The translations under genes and the position numbers were made by a program. The notes under the pieces were generated by a model. That model worked only from the letters and a program-made list of their open reading frames with translations. It was not told the origin of the DNA and did not search any database. Positions 18,214 to 28,178 of a stretch of DNA of 29,769 bases are shown one piece after another. Source of the DNA: an uncultured Pseudomonadales bacterium (lineage in GTDB: Bacteria; Patescibacteriota; Microgenomatia; UBA1400; PJMF01); NCBI GenBank assembly GCA_964596995.1, contig CAZQWI010000001.1, forward strand, positions 1 to 29,769, in the 5' to 3' direction. Every line of letters starts with the position of its first letter. The first letter of the stretch is position 1.

Positions 18214-18361
18214 GGGCAGCGTCAACAACAACTTCTAGTATACTAAATGCATTAGTAGTTTTCCAGACATTTATCAATAAGTTCGCGAATTTGTATTTTG
18301 TTAAGAAGTAAGCTCATTTCTGAGGGTTAAATCAGAATCATAATAACAACAAAATGCAGCA

Positions 18362-20065
18362 CTAGATTTCATCTCCATCTGAGCCCAGATCTATCAACAC
18401 CTCATCGCTTTCTTCTAAAGGTTTTCTCCATTTTCCAAAAGCTGAAATCATTCTTAAAAAATTCTCAAGCTCTTTAACTTCAAAGAGCAGTGAAAAGTAT
18501 AGATACACTAAAATTCCAATCGTGCTAGTTGTCACAGTCAAACCAATCACCTCAACCGTTCTACTCGTATCAAAAACCAACTCGTCAAATATTTTATATG
18601 GAAGATACAAGAACACTGCCATTAAAAATGAGCATAGGATCATCTTTATTTGAGAAATGAAAAAGTTTTTATTATTAAAGATATTTTTAATTCTCATTTC
18701 CAGCATCAACATAAAAACAACAGCCTCAAAAATAGCTGCTACCAAAATAGCCCACGCTATTCCTGTCACTCCCACATCAAAAATAAAAACCGAAAGCCAA
18801 CCCACTAAAAAATATAATATAGCCGAAACAGCAATTATATATAGTGGTGTCATGGTATCTTTGAGAGCATAAAAGGCTCTCATTAATAGCTGAGTCATTG
18901 CCTGAAAACCGATAGAAAGAGCCACGATCGCCAAAACTTTACTCGTTAAAACAGTTGTTCTCCAGGGAAAGTTTTGAGCTCCAAAAACCAAACGAACAAT
19001 TGGAATTCTCAAGATAAGCAGTAAAGCCGCTGCCGGCATTGAAAGAAAAGAGATTTGATTTAATGATTGGGTCACTAATTTTTTGAACTGCTCTTGTTTA
19101 TTATCATCACTTTCTTGAGATAAAAATGGTAAAGAAGCTTGACTGATTGGAACACCAAAAAGCCTAATTGGTATAGCCATCAATTTAAGTGCCAACCTAA
19201 TTACCACAAAACTCAAATTGCCAATACTTGTAGCAAAAAAACCCAATACAAGATTTTGTATTTCACTTACTCCTACGGTCATTACCCTTGGAGGGATCAT
19301 CTGGAAAATCTCTTTTACTCCAGGGTGCTTGTGCATAATTGTGAACTGGTATCGATAACCAAGTCTTGAAGCAAAGGGCAGCTGTATCATCATGTGAGTA
19401 AAAGCTCCCATTAAAACTCCAACTCCAGCAGCATAAATACCTAAAACATCTCCAAACAAAAAGACTCCTAAAACAATACCAATGTTATATAAAATGGGAG
19501 CAATTGCAGGCACAATAAAACGCTGATAAGACTGCAAGATTCCAGTCATAAAGTTTGAAACCGCAAAAAACAGTTGAGCCAGTAGCATTATTCTGGTTAA
19601 ATTTGCTGCTATCTTGATCTGATCGACAGAAAACTCTCCACCAGTTCTAAAAGCGGTAATCTGGTTTGAGTAAATGAAAACCACAGCCGACACCAATACA
19701 AAGAAAAGTAATAAAATATTCATTACGCTTGAGGTAATTTTATAAGCCTCGAGCTCATCCTTCTTTCTATACTTGGTAAAAACTGGAATAAACGCTGCGG
19801 ATAAAGCACCTAAAATGATTAGTTGAAACAACATGTCGGGAATCTGAAAAGCAACCTGCAACGCCTCATAAGCCATCTGACCAGCTTCAGTATTAAAATA
19901 AGAAGAGATCAGCAATCTTTCTCTAACCAGTCCTGAAAGTGAAGAGGTAAGGTTAGCGACAGTAATAATCACGGCAGCCGAAAGAATGGTATTCTGTTTT
20001 TTTTCTAACCATTTGGCATTTTTAAAAAATATTTTTGGTATTTTGTTTAAAAGAGAAAAACTCAT
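18362..20065 (-). CDS. murJ: Lipid II flippase MurJ/MviN
   Basis: SS.SGLVRE.L, AFQIPD, GALSAAFIPVF, AP.LYN, P..LFG..I.Q...P.LS and RAFYALKDT.TP; about 14 TM. Confidence 0.93.
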   Translation of the reverse strand: MSFSLLNKIPKIFFKNAKWLEKKQNTILSAAVIITVANLTSSLSGLVRERLLISSYFNTEAGQMAYEALQVAFQIPDMLFQLIILGALSAAFIPVFTKYRKKDELEAYKITSSVMNILLLFFVLVSAVVFIYSNQITAFRTGGEFSVDQIKIAANLTRIMLLAQLFFAVSNFMTGILQSYQRFIVPAIAPILYNIGIVLGVFLFGDVLGIYAAGVGVLMGAFTHMMIQLPFASRLGYRYQFTIMHKHPGVKEIFQMIPPRVMTVGVSEIQNLVLGFFATSIGNLSFVVIRLALKLMAIPIRLFGVPISQASLPFLSQESDDNKQEQFKKLVTQSLNQISFLSMPAAALLLILRIPIVRLVFGAQNFPWRTTVLTSKVLAIVALSIGFQAMTQLLMRAFYALKDTMTPLYIIAVSAILYFLVGWLSVFIFDVGVTGIAWAILVAAIFEAVVFMLMLEMRIKNIFNNKNFFISQIKMILCSFLMAVFLYLPYKIFDELVFDTSRTVEVIGLTVTTSTIGILVYLYFSLLFEVKELENFLRMISAFGKWRKPLEESDEVLIDLGSDGDEI

Positions 20066-20081
20066 AGTATCTGTAGTTCTA

Positions 20082-20110
20082 TTGAATTAATGGTTCTTGC
20101 CTAGTATAAT
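20082..20110 (+). promoter_or_regulatory. Sigma70 promoter for rpsT-lepA
   Basis: TTGAAT (20082-87), 17-nt spacer, TATAAT (20105-10). Confidence 0.7.
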
Positions 20111-20149
20111 CCAACGTTCAGTTAAATAGTAGAATTACTTAAACGAATT

Positions 20150-20497
20150 ATGCCAATATTAAAAAACGCAAAAAAAGCACTTAGATCTAGCAAGAAAAAA
20201 ACAGAGGTTAATCAAACCTTAAAAAGTAAAACTAGAACCTTGATTAAAAAGGCTAAGTTAGAGCCAACTGCAGAAAGAATCGGCGCCGCATTTTCAACAA
20301 TTGATAAATCAGTCAAAAAAAATCTGATGCACAAAAATAAGGCGGCAAGAGTTAAAAGTGGCTTGTCAAAGTTAGTTATTGAGAAGAAAACTGAGAAAAA
20401 AGAAGTAAAGAAGCCTGTTACAAAAAAAGCTCCTTCAACAAAAACAACTACTAAGAAAAAAACTACTAAATCAAAAACAGTAGCTGATAAAAAGTAG
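20150..20497 (+). CDS. rpsT: 30S ribosomal protein S20 with Lys/Thr-rich C-terminal extension
   Basis: MP.LK.AKK.LR.S.K...N...KS..RT.IK and IDK..KK..MHKNKAAR.KS.L. Confidence 0.93.
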   Translation: MPILKNAKKALRSSKKKTEVNQTLKSKTRTLIKKAKLEPTAERIGAAFSTIDKSVKKNLMHKNKAARVKSGLSKLVIEKKTEKKEVKKPVTKKAPSTKTTTKKKTTKSKTVADKK

Positions 20498-20513
20498 TTG
20501 TTAACTCAAATTT

Positions 20514-22304
20514 ATGCTAGATCAATTTAACCCTGACAAGGTCAGGAATTTTGCCATAATTGCTCACATTGATCATGGTAAAACAACTCTTACCGATCAG
20601 TTTCTTCAATTAACTGACACCGTTTCCTCAAGAAAATTCATTGAAAGAATGATGGACTCAAATCCTATCGAGCAAGAAAAAGGAGTAACTATAAAACTTG
20701 CTCCTGTTAGACTATTTTATAAAAAATATATTTTAAATTTAATTGATACACCAGGACATGTTGATTTTGGATATGAGGTAAGCCGATCGCTTCAAGCGTG
20801 CGAAGGAGCCATCTTATTGGTTGATGCTACTCAAGGAGTTCAGGCTCAAACATTAGCCAACTATGAAAAAGCCAAAGCACTTAATCTAAAAATAATACCA
20901 GTAATCAATAAAATCGACTCTCCACAAGCTGATTTGGATAATACAGTACTAGAAATGATTGAGTTATTTGGGGTTAATGAAGAAGAGGTGTGCTTCTGTT
21001 CAGCAAAAACTGGCGAAGGAGTCTTAAACATTTTAGATCAAGTAATTGCTAAAATTCCTCCCCCACAAAACTTAGCTACCAAAAACTTAAAAGGCTTGAT
21101 TATCACTTCAAAATATGATGATCATCAAGGTGTGGTGGCCTACACGCGAGTTTTTTCTGGAACCCTTGGTAAAAATGACCAACTTCATTTACTATTTAGT
21201 GATACTTCCTTTTCTCCTATTGAAATTGGCATCTTTTCTCCAGAAAAAAAACCTGTTGAACAACTTAGAGCTGGTGAGGTCGGATATGTTGCCACGGGCT
21301 TGAAGACAATTAATCAAGTTAGAACTGGAGACACCATTACCCACAGAGAAACTCGAAAAAATACTCCTCCATTACCAGGATATAAAGAACCAACTCCAAT
21401 GGTCTTCATGGAGTTATATCCAGTCGATAACGGACAGTTTCAAGATCTAAAAGACGCGATGGAGAAGCTTAGCTTGCATGATGCAGCTTTGGTCTCAATC
21501 CCAACTCATTCTCAAGCATTAGGTAACGGCTTGAGAGTTGGCTTTTTGGGAATTTTCCATGCAGAAATTGTTAGAGAAAGATTGGATAGAGAGTTTGATC
21601 AAGAGCTAATCGCCACCGCTCCATCGGTGAAATATCAGATAGTGAAAAAGAATAACGAGGAGATCACAATAGAATCACCAGCAGATTTACCTGATCCAAG
21701 CAATATAAAAAAAATCCTTGAACCAATTACCAAAACCACCATCTTTGCTCCAGTTGAACAGCTACCAATGATTATTGATTTTGTTAGAAGACGAAGGGGT
21801 AAATTAATTGATTCAATTAATAGTGGAAATAGAAGCCAGCTTAACTACACCATTCCTCTTAGCGAACTAATTTTTGGCTTTCATGATCAACTCAAATCAC
21901 TAAGTTCGGGCTTTGCCTCGATTGAGTACGAGGTAACCGGTTATCAAGAGGTAGACGCTGTCAAGGTTGATATTTTAGTAAATAGAGAGATTATTGAAGC
22001 ACTGAGTTTTATCGCTCTCAAGGAGGATGCTGAAGAAAGAGGCAGAAAGCTTGTTTCTAAACTCAAGGATGTTGTACCAAGACAAATGTTTGAGATTCCC
22101 ATTCAGGCGGCAATTGGAGGAAAAATCATAGCTAGAGAAACAATCAAGGCTTTCCGCAAAGATGTAACTGCAAAACTATATGGAGGCGATGTAACCAGAA
22201 GACAAAAACTTCTTAAAAAACAGGCAAAAGGCAAAAAAAGAATGAAGCAGTTTGGGAAGGTAAGTTTAAATCAAGAATCATTTTTAGCTGTGCTCGAAAG
22301 CTAA
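20514..22304 (+). CDS. lepA: Elongation factor 4 / LepA
   Basis: RNFAIIAHIDHGKT, LIDTPGHVDF.YEVSRSL.ACEG, NKID, GFLG.FH.EI..ERL.RE and RKDVTAKLYGGD.TR..KLL.KQ..GK.RMK. Confidence 0.98.
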   Translation: MLDQFNPDKVRNFAIIAHIDHGKTTLTDQFLQLTDTVSSRKFIERMMDSNPIEQEKGVTIKLAPVRLFYKKYILNLIDTPGHVDFGYEVSRSLQACEGAILLVDATQGVQAQTLANYEKAKALNLKIIPVINKIDSPQADLDNTVLEMIELFGVNEEEVCFCSAKTGEGVLNILDQVIAKIPPPQNLATKNLKGLIITSKYDDHQGVVAYTRVFSGTLGKNDQLHLLFSDTSFSPIEIGIFSPEKKPVEQLRAGEVGYVATGLKTINQVRTGDTITHRETRKNTPPLPGYKEPTPMVFMELYPVDNGQFQDLKDAMEKLSLHDAALVSIPTHSQALGNGLRVGFLGIFHAEIVRERLDREFDQELIATAPSVKYQIVKKNNEEITIESPADLPDPSNIKKILEPITKTTIFAPVEQLPMIIDFVRRRRGKLIDSINSGNRSQLNYTIPLSELIFGFHDQLKSLSSGFASIEYEVTGYQEVDAVKVDILVNREIIEALSFIALKEDAEERGRKLVSKLKDVVPRQMFEIPIQAAIGGKIIARETIKAFRKDVTAKLYGGDVTRRQKLLKKQAKGKKRMKQFGKVSLNQESFLAVLES

Positions 22305-22337
22305 AAAAATGCTATTGTCCTCGATCACTTTCTAAGG

Positions 22338-22346
22338 TGCTATAAT
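22338..22346 (+). promoter_or_regulatory. Extended -10 promoter, probably giving a leaderless mRNA
   Basis: TG-C-TATAAT followed by exactly 6 nt and then ATG at 22353. Confidence 0.65.
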
Positions 22347-22352
22347 AGCATT

Positions 22353-23099
22353 ATGCCTGATTATCCCAATCCAATTTATCAAACAGATAACGAGAATCAA
22401 GCTCAAGCCAAAGTTCATAACAAAAAAAATGAGGTTGACATCGATATTGATGATTTAACTCCTGATGAACTTTCAGAAACAATCCGCCAAGAAAAATCTG
22501 GAAATAGTTTTATCTCTTCGTTTACTCCAAAACCAAATGGAGTACACTTTGATTCACAGATGAAAAAAGAAGAGATTGTTTTGTTACTCAGAAGACACCC
22601 AGTCACACATCTCTCAAAAACTCTAATTATCATTTTTCTTTTCTTTTTCCCTCTAGTAATGTTGGCATCTCCAATACTAAGTTTTGAACCACTTAACTTT
22701 AAAATTGCTACTATTATCGCCTGGTATTTAGTCTTAATGGGCTTTACAATTGAAACATTTTTAACTTGGTATTTCAGAGTTTTTATCATCACTAACAGAA
22801 GAGTAATCGATATCGATTACTACTCAATGGTTAATAAAGACATTACTACAGCCGAACTCTCCAGAATTCAAGATATGAGCGTGGTCTCAACTGGAGTTTT
22901 AGCTTCTATTATTGATTTTGGGACTCTCTACCTGCAAACAGCCGGTCAAAATTTCAATCCAGCTCGACTAGATAATAAGACTGATACATCAAGGTCTGCA
23001 GGGATAGAGTTTGAAGACATATCACATCCTGTAAAAGTTAAAAAGATAGTTAATGAATTAATTATTACCAAACGAAAAAAGAACGGAGGCCACTATTAA
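22353..23099 (+). CDS. Membrane protein with bacterial PH-like (bPH_2) domain
   Basis: Two TMs, then IITNRRVIDI.......I..A.LSRIQD.S....G.L..I.DFGTLYLQTAG. Confidence 0.75.
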   Translation: MPDYPNPIYQTDNENQAQAKVHNKKNEVDIDIDDLTPDELSETIRQEKSGNSFISSFTPKPNGVHFDSQMKKEEIVLLLRRHPVTHLSKTLIIIFLFFFPLVMLASPILSFEPLNFKIATIIAWYLVLMGFTIETFLTWYFRVFIITNRRVIDIDYYSMVNKDITTAELSRIQDMSVVSTGVLASIIDFGTLYLQTAGQNFNPARLDNKTDTSRSAGIEFEDISHPVKVKKIVNELIITKRKKNGGHY

Positions 23100-23124
23100 T
23101 TTGGTGTCTAAGTTTTTTTAACTC

Positions 23125-23370
23125 ATGAACAATCCAACTCTTTCCATACTAGAAGTTTTATCGATCGACCAAGCATTTTTGTCAATGTTTAAGATTTTTT
23201 TTATTATCGGGGGATTTCTCTATCTAATTTTTGCTGTAGTGGTGATTAGACAAATAGCTATCATGAAAAAATCTCTTATTACTCCATTATCGCCATTTAT
23301 TACTACTCTAGGCTATGCTCATTTTTTAGTTACTTTAGGAGCATTATTCTATTTTTTCTTTCTGATTTAG
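23125..23370 (+). CDS. Small two-TM protein, DUF5657-like (CPR-type)
   Basis: LY.IFAVVVIRQI..M...L.TP pattern recalled from CPR small membrane proteins. Confidence 0.6.
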   Translation: MNNPTLSILEVLSIDQAFLSMFKIFFIIGGFLYLIFAVVVIRQIAIMKKSLITPLSPFITTLGYAHFLVTLGALFYFFFLI

Positions 23371-23410
23371 GAAGATTTTTCTATCTTAAAAAACAAAAAA
23401 AGCGCTTTGT

Positions 23411-23545
23411 TCTGGCCTCGACTTATCTTCGCACTTAGTCTCCCAAGTACTATTGTCAGCGCTGAGGCGTTTCAAGACTCTGTTCGGAATGGAAGTTGCA
23501 GTAAACTGCAACGAGAGTTGGTTCCACCTCGCTCCAGAGACCAGA
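23411..23545 (-). rRNA. rrf: 5S rRNA with an approximately 19-nt insertion
   Basis: Minus strand carries GGAACC, CCAUUCCGAAC, UGAAACGCC and terminal helix UCUGGUC/GGCCAGA. Length is about 135 nt. Confidence 0.9.
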
Positions 23546-23625
23546 ACAAAACGCTTTTAAAAGAAAGTACTAATTTATTTTAACCTTCAAGCTCTGCTTG
23601 CCAGATTATAAAACAAAAAAGTAAC

Positions 23626-23653
23626 TTTTGCCTTCTAAAAAGTAAAGAGAATA
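23626..23653 (-). other. 3' arm of pre-23S processing stem (pairs with 26758-26785)
   Basis: 28-nt inverted repeat flanking the 23S, with one mismatch and one G-U pair. Such stems are RNase III substrates (established knowledge). Confidence 0.8.
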
Positions 23654-23699
23654 TTAACCCACTTTAAGGTAGGTCTTCGACATCAAATTCAGCGAACAA

Positions 23700-26663
<2,964 letters not shown>

Positions 26664-26757
26664 TTAATTTATGAGACAAGACACAAGTGCCTTATCTCAC
26701 GATATTGAGTTCAATTGAACTATCTGACGATAGACCTACTATAAAGTAAGTCCATGT

Positions 26758-26785
26758 TATTCTCTTTACTTTTTAAAGGGCAAAA
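26758..26785 (-). other. 5' arm of pre-23S processing stem
   Basis: Its reverse complement TTTTGCCCTTTAAAAAGTAAAGAGAATA matches 23626-23653 at 26 of 28 positions. Confidence 0.8.
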
Positions 26786-26876
26786 AACTTCGTCAATTTT
26801 TTTTCACCCGCCGAGCAAAGCTCGAGGGGTTTAAAAAATTTTCTAAGTTCTTTTAATGATTTTTAAAAAATCATTG

Positions 26877-26950
26877 TGGACCTGGGGAGAATCGAACTCC
26901 CGATCTCTTCGTTGCAAACGAAGCGCTTTAACCAGCTAAGCCACAGGCCC
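26877..26950 (-). tRNA. tRNA-Ala(UGC), CCA not encoded
   Basis: Acceptor GGGCCUG/CAGGUCC with G3:U70, anticodon arm CUUCG-UU UGC AA-CGAAG, T-loop GUUCGAUUC. Confidence 0.95.
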
Positions 26951-26969
26951 TAAGAAAGCTAGAGCGAAT

Positions 26970-26998
26970 ATTATAACCTCGCTTCTTGTTGCTTTCAA
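26970..26998 (-). promoter_or_regulatory. Sigma70 promoter for tRNA-Ala-23S-5S
   Basis: TTGAAA (26998-93), 17-nt spacer, TATAAT (26975-70), ending about 20 nt before the tRNA. Confidence 0.8.
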
Positions 26999-27025
26999 TA
27001 GAATACGACCTGTAAACTAGCCAAG

Positions 27026-27118
27026 TCCTTTTAGAAACATTTTTTCGGAGGGAATGTTACCGTAGTAACATTGTCGCGTTAATCGCTCTCAATAGTTTTC
27101 AATTAACTCTTAAGAGGA
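27026..27118. ncRNA. Candidate structured RNA (rod-like), class unknown
   Basis: Nested pairings 27026-35/27108-18, 27048-52/27086-90 and a perfect 8-bp hairpin 27053-72 in an ORF-free gap. Confidence 0.3.
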
Positions 27119-27192
27119 ACATGTATTTTAAACAAAATAAAATCGCTATGCAAGCGCAGTTTCTCACTTAATTTAAGTCAAGAATTCTGAGA

Positions 27193-27825
27193 TTATAATT
27201 CCGCGATGTTATAACCCAACTTCTCCATTACACTCTTATTTTTTTTAGCAATCTTTTCTCCCAAAACTCCATCCATCTGACACACAAACTTCAAATCAGT
27301 GTTAGAAATCTTTTTGAGAAACTCAATTTGAGTATCCATTATTTTTTTAACAGTTTTTTTATTAGCTTGGGCAACCCAGTCAGCGCTAATTAAATACTGA
27401 CCCAAATTGTATTCTTGTTCGCCTCCGCCAAAAGTAAAACAGATCTTATTTGCCAAATGAACACCATGAGGACGAACCATGTGACCCTTAATCCCGTGTT
27501 CAACATCTTGAGGATCAGCAAAAGGCATAAATCCCGCATAAAGCAGTTCTTGATCATCAGCCAAAGCCTGAATGTGTTGCTGAGACATGGCGTCTACTTG
27601 TTCCCATTCTGGAAGATCAAGCTGTTGTTTAATCCAGTCGTTTTCGCCTGAAGACACGATTCTAATTTCTGTGTTTAATAGTTTTTTGAGAATCTCAACA
27701 GAATCGGCAAATCCTTCTAACTGAAAGCCAGCTCCCACAAAACCCAAACGAGTACCTTCGTTGATCTGCACGCCTTCATCAGCATCTGAAATAACAAAGT
27801 GGGGTAAAGTGGTTTTCTCTGCCAT
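27193..27825 (-). CDS. Hypothetical soluble protein
   Basis: 210-aa ORF with globular composition and a KGHMVRPHGVH motif; family not recognised. Confidence 0.75.
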   Translation of the reverse strand: MAEKTTLPHFVISDADEGVQINEGTRLGFVGAGFQLEGFADSVEILKKLLNTEIRIVSSGENDWIKQQLDLPEWEQVDAMSQQHIQALADDQELLYAGFMPFADPQDVEHGIKGHMVRPHGVHLANKICFTFGGGEQEYNLGQYLISADWVAQANKKTVKKIMDTQIEFLKKISNTDLKFVCQMDGVLGEKIAKKNKSVMEKLGYNIAEL

Positions 27826-27886
27826 AGTTATAAATAGTTCGCGGGCAGAACAAAAGATGAGCTAAGCAATATATGTTTATTATTCC

Positions 27887-28042
27887 TTACTCCTCAACCA
27901 TTGACTGAATAGCTTCAAGATATTGTTGCATCTCTTTTTCAACTTTCTCCCAATCGCCGTTAGCTTCTCTTATTGCATTAAAAAGAAGATCCATATCGAT
28001 GAGTAGTTGATCGTCAGTAACAATCATTCTTTGTTTAGCCAT
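27887..28042 (-). CDS. Small acidic helical protein (51 aa), not in the ORF track
   Basis: Hand translation: MAKQRMIVTDDQLLIDMDLLFNAIREANGDWEKVEKEMQQYLEAIQSMVEE-stop. Preceded by TG-T-TATAAT (28057-49) and 6 nt. Confidence 0.65.
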   Translation of the reverse strand: MAKQRMIVTDDQLLIDMDLLFNAIREANGDWEKVEKEMQQYLEAIQSMVEE

Positions 28043-28178
28043 ACCCAAATTATAACATAATTAGTGAAAAAATTCCAGCTATACCAGAGAAAAGAATTGT
28101 TTTTACCAATAAAAAAACAGTAACAAACGAAACGGTGTTCGCGTCTAATACTAACTTAACAGAGCAAAAGCGTTCAGT

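Noticed and set aside
26856-26875. AT-rich palindrome and other small hairpins in the tRNA-23S spacer
   Set aside because: Explained as ordinary spacer or processing structure.
27135-27165. Terminator hairpin CGCT-ATGCA-AGCG after the 210-aa gene
   Set aside because: Only a 4-bp GC stem; too weak to call.
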